From Candidatus Latescibacterota bacterium (GTDB lineage Bacteria > Latescibacterota > UBA2968 > UBA8231), in assembly GCA_965197905.1 (NCBI GenBank), contig CBDAOB010000005.1, positions 2,048,001 to 2,112,000 of the forward strand: a DNA stretch of 64,000 nt. The letters run 5' to 3'. This document shows positions 19,521-28,412 of the stretch, piece by piece. A program made the position numbers and the translations under genes. Under the pieces are notes generated by a model. The model was not told the DNA's origin and searched no databases. It saw only the letters and a list, made by a program, of their open reading frames with translations. Within the stretch, counting starts at the first letter, position 1. Each line of letters begins with the position of its first letter.

Positions 19521-20039
19521 TCAATCTCTGAGAGAAGATATGGCCCATGTCACCTCCGTATCCTCAACGCTCATGCCATGGATACCGCCCGAAATGTGCG
19601 ATTGAAGATCTAGATAACTCTGCTGTCGCTCGCTGTCGGGATAGACCCAGTCGTGCAGGAAATAGACCGCCTTGACCTTCGCCTGTAAGAGCTCCTTGGA
19701 GCAGCCGAAACAAGGCCTCATGGTTGAATATAGAGCGGCCCCTTCGGTGGCGATGCCGAACCTTGCGGCCGACAACAGGGCGTTTTGTTCCGCGTGAACG
19801 CAGATACAGAGATCGTAATCCTTGCCCGACTCGTATTTGGTTCGATTGCTACAACGTTCGCACCCACCGTCCATGCAGTTGACCATATCGCTAGGTGTTC
19901 CGTTGTAACCGGTCGAAATGATTCGATCGTCGAGCACGAGCACGGCACCCACCCGGTTCCCTATACAGTTTGCCCGAGTGCGTACAGCGAGAGCGATGTG
20001 CATGTAATACTCGTTCCAATCGGGTCGACTCGTTCGCAT
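19521..20039 (-). CDS. dCMP deaminase (ComEB-like)
   Basis: RPDWNEYY, STGYNGTP, HAEQNAL and PCFGC motifs. Confidence 0.92.
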   Translation of the reverse strand: MRTSRPDWNEYYMHIALAVRTRANCIGNRVGAVLVLDDRIISTGYNGTPSDMVNCMDGGCERCSNRTKYESGKDYDLCICVHAEQNALLSAARFGIATEGAALYSTMRPCFGCSKELLQAKVKAVYFLHDWVYPDSERQQSYLDLQSHISGGIHGMSVEDTEVTWAISSLRD

Positions 20040-20289
20040 TTTCACTTTCGTCGGGGTTTTTGGCACTTTTCGGCCAGTAAACATATATACACCTGCCCAA
20101 CTGAATCGCGCAACCTGCGGGTGAAATCCCGTTCGGCGAAGACGCTCGTTGCCGCTTTCTTATTCTGCGGTTTCGGGTGAACAATGTCTAAGAAACCCAC
20201 CGGGAGCGGGCCATCAAAGTCAGTCGCAGTCAGGACCGGGCTGGGATTCGCGAGCTGGATTGTTGACCTCGGCGTACGGCGCCACGACT

Positions 20290-20320
20290 AAAGGGCGCCC
20301 CTTTTCGAGGGACGCCCCTT
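20290..20320 (-). terminator. terminator-like hairpin downstream of ssb
   Basis: Minus strand GGGCGTCCCT-cgaaa-AGGGGCGCCC followed by TTT. Confidence 0.65.
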
Positions 20321-20351
20321 GTACCCTATGGGGTGGGGAGTGGGAAGTGGG

Positions 20352-20783
20352 TTAAAGCGAGGGTTGTAGGGTCATTTCGAAGGTGGCGTCGGGATCTCCA
20401 GTGTTGGACGGGGCGATCTCGTCCATCGGTTCATCGAGAAGGGCGCGGTTGGCTCCGAGCAACTTTAGATTGCTGACTACGATCTCTGTCACAGAACTCT
20501 TGCGTCCCCGGGCATCGTGCCAAACCCGAGTGTTCAATTTGCCTTCGACATATACCCGATTGCCCTTTCTCAGGCGCTGTTTCGCAGACTCAGCGGTACG
20601 ACGCCACATGACCAGCCGATGCCATTCGGCACGCTCACATACCTTGCCGGCTTGGTCCACCCATGATTCCGTAGTGGCCAGACTGCAGGTCGCTACGGCA
20701 GTTCGACCCGGCGTGAAACGCAGGTCTGGATCACTTCCCAGATTTCCAACGAGAGTGACTCGGTTCAAGCAACCTTTTGCCAT
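20352..20783 (-). CDS. ssb: single-stranded DNA-binding protein (atypical C-terminus)
   Basis: LNRVTLVGNLGSDP, EWHRLVMW and KGNRVYVEGKLNTRVW motifs. Lacks the acidic DDxPF tail. Confidence 0.9.
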   Translation of the reverse strand: MAKGCLNRVTLVGNLGSDPDLRFTPGRTAVATCSLATTESWVDQAGKVCERAEWHRLVMWRRTAESAKQRLRKGNRVYVEGKLNTRVWHDARGRKSSVTEIVVSNLKLLGANRALLDEPMDEIAPSNTGDPDATFEMTLQPSL

Positions 20784-20807
20784 GGCTACTTCCTCCTGCT
20801 GCTGGGT

Positions 20808-20999
20808 CTAGTTCCGGTCCCACATACGCTGCTGATCTTCGAAAGACCGTATGCGGCGATTTTTAGGGGTGTCGATACCATAATGCCGACACAGACGCCC
20901 AAAGCTTCCGGGGGCTATGCCGAGTGCCAAACCGGCGTCGGTATTACTCGCATAGATTCGGGCCGCTCGTTCGATCCTTTCGCGGGCGATTTTTGCCAT
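20808..20999 (-). CDS. small basic HTH-like hypothetical protein
   Basis: Strong SD (AGGAGGAGGAGG). The pattern DAGLALGIAPGSFGRLCRHYGI resembles Fis-type HTH. Confidence 0.7.
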   Translation of the reverse strand: MAKIARERIERAARIYASNTDAGLALGIAPGSFGRLCRHYGIDTPKNRRIRSFEDQQRMWDRN

Positions 21000-21053
21000 C
21001 TCCTCCTCCTCCTGAATTTCTGTGTGGTATTGGGAACCTCGAGCCTCAATAAC

Positions 21054-21090
21054 TGCACAAAAGTATACTGCTTTTTTGTACAGCTGTCAA
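21054..21090 (-). promoter_or_regulatory. near-consensus sigma70 promoter overlapped by palindromic operator(s)
   Basis: TTGACA-N17-TATACT (21090-21062). The inverted repeat CTGCACAAAA...TTTTGTACAG spans it. Confidence 0.75.
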
Positions 21091-21155
21091 GGGGTTTTTG
21101 AGGCCGCCTCACAAACCAACTTAAGCCAGCTCGTAACCTGTTGATCGTATGTGCC

Positions 21156-22622
21156 TTAGCGTACGGATACAGGGGGGGAGTAGAGGCCCAGTAACCGACG
21201 TTTCCACCAGATCTTAGGGATGAGAGATCCGCTTTTATACTCAAAATCGTACTCGTAGAAGACGGCGCGTATAACCGAGGGCGGAGCGTCTGGAAACGGA
21301 TTCGATTGCAACAACGACACCACCGAGGAACTGCCTTGAAGTAGTCGGCCGAGAAATGGCATAAACCATGGGGTGGTATCGTAGGTTCTCAACGCAGCAA
21401 ACCACATCTGCCAATCCAACCGCGGCATGTGGGGCTGGACAAACGCCGGAGGCGCTTCCGGATCCCCAGGTTTCCATGGAAACTCGTACGCCTTCCAGGA
21501 CTGGCCATCTGCCGAACCCTCCACGACAATCTCTCTTCGTTTGGTCGTCATCACAGCGAAAAGACCATACCCGTTGACCAGGCGAAACGGCATCAGCGCC
21601 TCATGCGTTCGGGAAAGAAATCGGGGCCAGGAAGCTCTCCAGCGAAAGGCGTGAGCCATTTGGATCCCGCTCAAGGCAAGGACGAGAATCGCGATAGCGG
21701 TGGTGAGCCATGTTGGCGCCCGCCCTGAGGCTGTCGAGGGGGGCTGGGGGAGCCGGAATCTTCCGACGAGGGCAAGGTGGTCGTCATCCAACAGAGTCAC
21801 GCATAGTGCGATTACCAGGAGGTTAAAAAAACCATAGTTGCCTGTTGCGCCGATCAACACCTGCAGCACCACCAACAGAAGGGCACCGATCAATCGAACC
21901 TTTCGCGGTCCGAGGATGGCGAACGGCACCAACAGTTCGATCACAAACATCGCACCTACACTGAACGTCTGGATCCACAAAGGCAGCTGGTGAGCGTACC
22001 AACTTGCCCACGTCGGGAGTGGTTGGGTCAGGTAATGGTAATCGAGGGCCCTCAGCGAAGACCAGGTGGGGTCGCCGCTCGACAGCTTGACGACGCCCGA
22101 GGAGAACATGACGCGGAACAACAAGAGCCGGAGCAGCCACAGCGCGATGATAGATGGCTTCCCGGGCCAGATCCAGTGGCGCCGAAGCCGGTGCGGCGCC
22201 AGGAGAATAGCCAGGAAACCGCACTCTAGAAGCAAAGCATCCCACTGGAAGGAGAGGAAGTCGCGGCCGGCAACCACCAGAGACAGGTAGAGCACCCACA
22301 ATCCGGCAAGCGCTAAACCGGGCGCATATCCGAGACACAACAAGACCGCAAATGCCACCCCCGAACCACACATGAGCTGAATCGTAGAATCACTCTGGTC
22401 GAGCCACAGAATCGAAGGCAGCCGCACCCATGCCTCGGCACCCAGGCGGTCTTCCACCGCTGGGAAGAACTCGACGACCGGAAGGATGCCGTTGCTACCT
22501 ATGAGTCCGTCGATCTGCACCCATAGTGATAGGAAAGCAATCCCGTACACCAGACCTAAAAGTCGCAGAAACAGTGCTCTCACGACCAGGTGAGAATGTG
22601 AGTCGATAAGAACCGGTATCAT
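21156..22622 (-). CDS. lipase maturation factor (LMF1) family membrane protein
   Basis: FQWDALLLE, YHYLTQPLP, YGLFAVMT and PHMPRLDWQMWFAAL motifs. Confidence 0.92.
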   Translation of the reverse strand: MIPVLIDSHSHLVVRALFLRLLGLVYGIAFLSLWVQIDGLIGSNGILPVVEFFPAVEDRLGAEAWVRLPSILWLDQSDSTIQLMCGSGVAFAVLLCLGYAPGLALAGLWVLYLSLVVAGRDFLSFQWDALLLECGFLAILLAPHRLRRHWIWPGKPSIIALWLLRLLLFRVMFSSGVVKLSSGDPTWSSLRALDYHYLTQPLPTWASWYAHQLPLWIQTFSVGAMFVIELLVPFAILGPRKVRLIGALLLVVLQVLIGATGNYGFFNLLVIALCVTLLDDDHLALVGRFRLPQPPSTASGRAPTWLTTAIAILVLALSGIQMAHAFRWRASWPRFLSRTHEALMPFRLVNGYGLFAVMTTKRREIVVEGSADGQSWKAYEFPWKPGDPEAPPAFVQPHMPRLDWQMWFAALRTYDTTPWFMPFLGRLLQGSSSVVSLLQSNPFPDAPPSVIRAVFYEYDFEYKSGSLIPKIWWKRRLLGLYSPPVSVR

Positions 22623-22674
22623 TGAGGAATGCCAGGGATGCGGACGCGACCGTGACCTTAAGTCCGGGTGCTTA

Positions 22675-23733
22675 TTATCGTCGCACGTAGGTCTGGTTGA
22701 GATACCATGCGATCTGATCCAGCTCGGCGACCGATACCTCCAGCCCGTTGTCTACCATCCGAGTCAAGAGCTCGCCCACGTCCCCCGCGGATTGCATCGG
22801 ATACTGCTCCACCTCATCCAGCTCGTGACACTGGGTGCAGCTGTCGTTGAAGAGCTGTCGGGATGGTCCCACTTCGTACGCCCCTACCGGTCTTGCCTCG
22901 CCGGTGGTAGATATCACGGTGAGCAAGGTCTTCTTCGATTCCGCTGCTTCCAGGGATTGCTCCCGACGCCGTTTCGCCGACATTTGCAGGTCGGGTGAAA
23001 TGGCGATCAGATAGCTGGCAACCGCCCACTGCTCGGGCGGGGCGATCGGATTGCCGAAGATCGGTCGTTTCGCCATCCGCTCTACGGTGCGCACCCAGTT
23101 GCTGGGTGTTCGCGGCTTGGTGAGGACCGTCTTCAGGTCGTGGCAAGTGACGCATCGAGTCAGCAATACTTCCCGTCCATTCTTTAGACTCGATTCCGAA
23201 CCGAGCTCGTGCATCGGCGCGTCCGAAGGGAACCCCGCGCTGGGTAACAGCTGGCGTATGCGCTCCAGATTCGCCTCGCTGTAGACGCTGCCGCCTACCG
23301 CAGTCTGGCTCCAGTATGTTTCGCGATAGGCAAACGGCGCCGAAAGGCTGATCAACAGCACCGTACACCATAGGATTCCCAATCCCAGATAGGGCAAGAG
23401 GAAGCGGAAGTGAGCACAAGACCGCAGGACGAAAAGCTTGACCACAAGCAAAAAACCGACGCTGACTCCCAGGAGGAGATGGGCAACGGTTCGCGCCGGG
23501 AGCTCGACCTGGTAGTGGAACAGCCTGGGCACCATTTGAAACATCATGAACAGATATATCAGGAGGAAAACCAGCCCGACGATTCTATGGGTGAGCACCA
23601 ATGAGGGCGGAGCGGTTCCGACGTTGCGCTCGGCGTCAAACGGATAACCGTAGATGCGGAACATGAGAAACACCCCCAGAAACCCGAGGGTCAGAAAAAG
23701 TAAGCCCAGCAACATGCTGATTGAGGCATCCAT
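22675..23733 (-). CDS. membrane protein with two c-type heme motifs
   Basis: Four N-terminal TM segments, two containing His, then CVTCH and CTQCH. SD GGGGAG before ATG 23733. Confidence 0.85.
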   Translation of the reverse strand: MDASISMLLGLLFLTLGFLGVFLMFRIYGYPFDAERNVGTAPPSLVLTHRIVGLVFLLIYLFMMFQMVPRLFHYQVELPARTVAHLLLGVSVGFLLVVKLFVLRSCAHFRFLLPYLGLGILWCTVLLISLSAPFAYRETYWSQTAVGGSVYSEANLERIRQLLPSAGFPSDAPMHELGSESSLKNGREVLLTRCVTCHDLKTVLTKPRTPSNWVRTVERMAKRPIFGNPIAPPEQWAVASYLIAISPDLQMSAKRRREQSLEAAESKKTLLTVISTTGEARPVGAYEVGPSRQLFNDSCTQCHELDEVEQYPMQSAGDVGELLTRMVDNGLEVSVAELDQIAWYLNQTYVRR

Positions 23734-23911
23734 TGGTTTTGTCTCCCCTAATCTTGTGCAGCAGTGACAGGATAGAGCCTTGACGAAGGTCGAAAATCTT
23801 GACACCAGGTATATAAGACTTTAATCCAATCCTTGGCTATACGGCGGTGAAGACGCGCCGCCCGAGGTATGAACCCAACAACAAATCCACCGCACACGAG
23901 CGAAACAACAC

Positions 23912-24601
23912 ATGCCTACCCAGCGACAAACGGTCGACGCAGCCTTCGATCTCTACATTCAGCGTGCTACCACGGAGGCACACTGGCGAGACCGAATACG
24001 GCGAAGCATTGACCGCGTCTTGGAGGAGTTGAGCGAAGCGGAACGGAGCAGATTCTTCGATTACGTCAATGGCTTCGACCTAGGCTCGGCTTTGTTTCCA
24101 GTAAGACGGATCGCCGAGATCTATACGCTCTGTTTGCACGAGAGCGTGGACGATTCATTGAGGGGCCGCAGGAAAGAGTCGGCGCAGACGCGAATGACGC
24201 GATTTCGAGCTGATTTCCTGACCCCTCCTCCCGGTCAGGAGGAGGGCCGACTGCCACAGGATGCTCCGCGCGCGACCTTCCACGCGGCCTTGCGGCAGCG
24301 TCAGGGGGTTGCGGACACCCCGGCGGAATTCCGCGAGATGATCGGCGCTACGATCCACATGGTCATGGACTCATTCGAGGAGCGCGACCGAGATCAACTG
24401 GATGAACTATTCGAACGCCTCCCGGTCGGTGCCGTTGCCGGCGCCATGCTCACCTGGACATGGGGGGGAGGAGACGAAAAGCTGAAGCCAGAGATCGCGC
24501 GGAGACAGTTCGACCGCTGGCAGCAAACGGACGACGTATCGGTTTGGTGGCAAATCCGCATCGCGCCGCGACAGGAAACACCCGTTTGGATCTATTTCTG
24601 A
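23912..24601 (+). CDS. hypothetical protein
   Basis: 229-aa ORF filling the gap between minus-strand genes. No recognised motif. Confidence 0.65.
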   Translation: MPTQRQTVDAAFDLYIQRATTEAHWRDRIRRSIDRVLEELSEAERSRFFDYVNGFDLGSALFPVRRIAEIYTLCLHESVDDSLRGRRKESAQTRMTRFRADFLTPPPGQEEGRLPQDAPRATFHAALRQRQGVADTPAEFREMIGATIHMVMDSFEERDRDQLDELFERLPVGAVAGAMLTWTWGGGDEKLKPEIARRQFDRWQQTDDVSVWWQIRIAPRQETPVWIYF

Positions 24602-24942
24602 ACGTGATCCGCCAGATCGAAAACCTGTTCCATCGACGCCCACCACTCCCCTTCCCCCGCCTCGGCGGCAGGCTCTTGAAAGCTGTTCATCAGCCGATTC
24701 CATTCATCACACTTGGGATGACTCTCCGGCTCTCCTTTCGCCTTTCTTGACGGATCGTAGTCATCCGTGGTGGTCATGTACATAAACATGCGCCGATCGC
24801 GAAGGAATATCTTCATGTCCAGAATACCCGAGCGGCTAATCTGCTCAACCACTTCCGGGAACGGGTTCCGATGGTACTGTTTGTACCGCTCTATGATCTC
24901 TTCGTCATCTTTCAGATTGATGGTCAACGCAAACACCTTCAT
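24592..24942 (-). CDS. L-rhamnose mutarotase family protein
   Basis: YKQYH..FPEV, GILDMKIF and W...MEQVF motifs. Confidence 0.85.
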   Translation of the reverse strand: MKVFALTINLKDDEEIIERYKQYHRNPFPEVVEQISRSGILDMKIFLRDRRMFMYMTTTDDYDPSRKAKGEPESHPKCDEWNRLMNSFQEPAAEAGEGEWWASMEQVFDLADHVQK

Positions 24943-26267
24943 CGGTGAGTCTCCTTTCGTTCATCCGTTGCCTCCGATCGGTAGGCGTCGGCCAACAAGC
25001 TCACCGGATGGCGGACGGCAACGCCGGAGGATTCGCGCCGCAGGCCGTGCAGCAGTTGAATGGCGCATCCCGGATTTCCGGTAGCCACGACGCCGGCCCC
25101 CGTGGCAGCTACATGCTTCATCTTCCTCGACAGCAAGCGCATCGACATCTCGGGTTGCGTAATATTGTAGATCCCCGCACTGCCACAACACCAGTCTGAC
25201 TCGGTCAGTTCCGTCAAACGAAGCCCGGGTATCGACTTGAGCAGCTGGCGCGGCTGGCGGTGAACTTTCTGCCCATGGCGCAGATGGCAGGAATCGTGGT
25301 AGGTCACCTCCATATTCGCACCTTCGCCCCGGGGCGGGCGAAATCCGATCTCCACCAGAAACTCGTGAATGTCCCGCACCTTTGCGGACCAACACACGGC
25401 GCGCGCGGAGTACTCGGATAAATCTGCCAGAAGGCGGTCGTAATGGCGCATGTGAGAACCACATCCACCGGAATTGACGATGATCGCGTCGAGGTGCTCA
25501 GCATCGAAAGCTTCGATGTTCTTGACGGCCAGAGATCTGGCCAATTCCGGCTCACCGTTGTGACCGTGCAGCGACCCGCAGCATTGTTGCCGGCGCGGAA
25601 GGACAACCTCACACCCGTTCTGCTGCAGCACGTAGATCGTATCTCGATTCACCTCCGAGAAAGCCAGATCTTGAATGCAGCCGCTCAGCAACCCTACCCT
25701 GTAGTCGGGGTTCGCAGGATTGCGGCCGCTCGAGTAATGCTGACGTGTCGTGCGCCACTGAACGGTCGGTGTCAGCGGAAGAAGATCGTGCAGTCTCCGC
25801 GAGAATAAACGCAGGACGCCGCTGGCGTGCAGCATCCGCATCAGCCCGCTCCTTTGCATCACGAACAACCCACGCGCGAGCAAACGCAACCGAAAGAGAG
25901 AGACGAACAACATCTTCAGCGCCACTGTCCGCACAAGTGATCGAACGCTGCTGCGCAGGAGGCCGGAGCGCTCGATCTGCGCTCGGGACTTTTCGAAGAG
26001 GGTGGTGTAATCCACTCCGGCGGGACAGGCTGACTCGCAGGCAAGGCATCCGAGGCAGAAGTAGAGCTCTTCGGCGAACGACTTGCCGATCTCCAGGCGG
26101 CCGTCGGCGATCGCCCTCATCATGGCGATACGTCCCCGCGGCGAGGATCGTTCATTGAGGGTGGCGTCGTAGGTCGGGCAGGCCGGCAGACACATGCCGC
26201 AGTGCATACACTGCTGCAGCACTGAGTAGTCGAGGCCGCGCAACAGGTTTTGCGACTCGTTGCTCAA
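24939..26267 (-). CDS. glcF: glycolate oxidase iron-sulfur subunit
   Basis: Two CxxCxxCxxxCP ferredoxin motifs, SPRGR, two CCG domains and YHDSCHL. Confidence 0.9.
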   Translation of the reverse strand: MSNESQNLLRGLDYSVLQQCMHCGMCLPACPTYDATLNERSSPRGRIAMMRAIADGRLEIGKSFAEELYFCLGCLACESACPAGVDYTTLFEKSRAQIERSGLLRSSVRSLVRTVALKMLFVSLFRLRLLARGLFVMQRSGLMRMLHASGVLRLFSRRLHDLLPLTPTVQWRTTRQHYSSGRNPANPDYRVGLLSGCIQDLAFSEVNRDTIYVLQQNGCEVVLPRRQQCCGSLHGHNGEPELARSLAVKNIEAFDAEHLDAIIVNSGGCGSHMRHYDRLLADLSEYSARAVCWSAKVRDIHEFLVEIGFRPPRGEGANMEVTYHDSCHLRHGQKVHRQPRQLLKSIPGLRLTELTESDWCCGSAGIYNITQPEMSMRLLSRKMKHVAATGAGVVATGNPGCAIQLLHGLRRESSGVAVRHPVSLLADAYRSEATDERKETHR

Positions 26268-27639
26268 TCGAAGATCTTTCCCGGATTCAGGATTCCGTTT
26301 GGGTCGAAACTACGTTTTACGCGCTGTAGCAGCTCCATGCCGACCGGACCCAAAGCGGCGGGTAGAAACGGCTTCTTGGCCAATCCCACTCCATGCTCCC
26401 CAGTGATAGTTCCGCCAAGTCTTACAGCGCACTCGAACACCTCTTTCATCGCCAGCTCTACCCGGTTCATCTCGGCTTCGTTGCGTTCGTCGGTGAGAAA
26501 GGTCGGGTGCAGGTTGCCGTCACCCATGTGTCCGAAGGTGCCAATGCGCAGGTCGTGACGGCTGGCGATGGTTTGTATCTCACCCACCATACGCGCCAAC
26601 TCGCTGCGTGGCACGGTCACGTCCTCCAGCACTACCGTAGGAGCCAGGCGGGCCAGGGCACTGAACGCCGTGCGCCGGGCCGACGCAGCTGCGAAGCCTC
26701 TTCTTCACTACGCGCCAACCTGACCTCTTGAGCTCCCCGGGCCCGCGCAATGCCGACAATCGCAGCAGCCTGCTCCTCGACTTCGGCGGCGTGACCATCC
26801 ACTTCCATCAACAGCAACGACGCCACGTCCAGGGGCAGGCCGATCTTGGCGAACTGCTCGACGCAGCGAATGGTCGTGCTGTCCAGAAACTCCAACGTGC
26901 ATGGTATGATCTTCGATTCGATGATCTCGGATATGGTGCTCGCCGCCGCCGTCATGCTGTCGAAGGTCGCCAGCATCGTTTTTTTGGCGGCAGGTTGGGG
27001 AATGAGTTTCAGGGTGATCTTGGTGACTACTCCGAGACATCCTTCCGATCCCACGAAGAGATCCTTCAAGGTAAATCCCGCCACATCCTTCACGCACTTG
27101 GTTCCAGTCTGCAGGACCTGTCCGTCTGCCAACACGACCTCCAACGCCATGACATAGTCCCGCGTTACGCCGTATTTCAGACCGCGCAGTCCGCCGGAGT
27201 TGTTGGCGACGTTGCCGCCGATTGTTGAAATCTTGATCGAGCCAGGATCGGGAGGATAGAACAAGCCTGCCGCTGCCGCCTGCTGGGATATCTTTTCGGT
27301 GATGACCCCGGGCTCCACTGTCATCGTCAGATTCTGGCCGTCCAGCTCTAGAATGCGATTCAAACGCACCAGACAGAGCACCAGCGAGTCGGGGGCGGGG
27401 ACCGCGCCGCCGGCCAAACCGGTACCGGACCCGCGGGTCACCACCGGAACCCGTCGGTCATGGGCGAGCGCAAGAATGGCCGTCACCTGCGAAGTATCTT
27501 CCGGCAGCAGAACCGCCGCGGGCTCTTGACGCAGCGTGGCCGTACCGTCGAAGGCGTAGACGCTGAGGTCTTCGGGGCTGGTAAGAAGCTGATCCGGCCC
27601 CAAGATACGGGACAGCCTGTTTAGGATATCGGAATGCAA
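26264..27639 (-). pseudogene. glcD: glycolate oxidase FAD subunit GlcD split by a 1-nt deletion near 26686; possibly a sequencing error
   Basis: N-half has RGSGTGLAGG, YPPDP and KYGVT. C-half has EDVTVP, GHMGDGNLHP and GEHGVG. Adding one G (CTG GCG) restores ...SQLASARRTAFSALARLAPTVVLEDVTVP. Confidence 0.85.
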
Positions 27640-27643
27640 CGGA

Positions 27644-28342
27644 TCAGGTGATGAGATCTTCGCTGAGATGATCGACGCGATTGGTGTGGCGGACGGTGAT
27701 CAAACCCTCGGGATGATAGTCGAGTCGAGTAATGGAGGTGTTGTAGTGTTCATAATGCAACCCGGGGTTGGGCAGGTGAAGTCCGATCGCTTTGAGCAGG
27801 TAGCTCATGAAACCTCCGTGTGAAACCAGGCCGATGCGTTGGTGCTCCATCGCTCTGTCCCGCAGCGCTTCAGCCACACCGATAGCCCTGCCCTGACTCG
27901 AGTGTGCCTCTTCCTTTTCCTTATCCCACCACCCTCTCTCACTCAGATCTCCGGGTAGGATATACCCCGGGAACCGATCCGTGATCTGCTGACGGGTTTG
28001 TCCGGGGTACCCCACCACCCCGCGATCCTCGCCGTGATCTAGGAAGATGCCCCCAACCTCGTGAATATCGATCCATACTTCGGGGGTTACGCCCATCTCG
28101 CGAGCTACGGACTCGACGGTTTGCAGCGATCTCAGCATCGGACTGCAGTAGAGGTAGTCGAAGTGTGGTCTTTCCGTAGAGCGCTCTCCAGGCATCAGAT
28201 GCCCGCCCGCTGCGAGAAATTCTGCCACGACCTCGGCCTGGCGTTCTCCAATATCGGTCAGGGGGGGGTCCATGTCGCGTTTACTGACATCCTCGAGAAT
28301 GTTGTTGGCCGATTGGCCGTGGCGGATTATGAATAGCTCCAT
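27644..28342 (-). CDS. histidine phosphatase (phosphoglycerate mutase-like) family
   Basis: IIRHGQS, CSPMLRS and LVSHGG motifs. Confidence 0.9.
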   Translation of the reverse strand: MELFIIRHGQSANNILEDVSKRDMDPPLTDIGERQAEVVAEFLAAGGHLMPGERSTERPHFDYLYCSPMLRSLQTVESVAREMGVTPEVWIDIHEVGGIFLDHGEDRGVVGYPGQTRQQITDRFPGYILPGDLSERGWWDKEKEEAHSSQGRAIGVAEALRDRAMEHQRIGLVSHGGFMSYLLKAIGLHLPNPGLHYEHYNTSITRLDYHPEGLITVRHTNRVDHLSEDLIT

Positions 28343-28352
28343 GGCAACTTTC

Positions 28353-28381
28353 TTGACAGTCGAATGCGGTGAATCTATACT
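28353..28381 (+). promoter_or_regulatory. sigma70-type promoter of pepA
   Basis: TTGACA-N17-TATACT, 31 nt upstream of the TTG start, which has SD GAGGTG. Confidence 0.75.
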
Positions 28382-28412
28382 TCGCGCTTCTTGAAAAAAG
28401 AGGTGGGATATC

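Noticed and set aside
26680..26700. Programmed ribosomal frameshift in glcD
   Set aside because: There is no slippery sequence at the junction, and I know of no precedent in this family. Error or point deletion is simpler.
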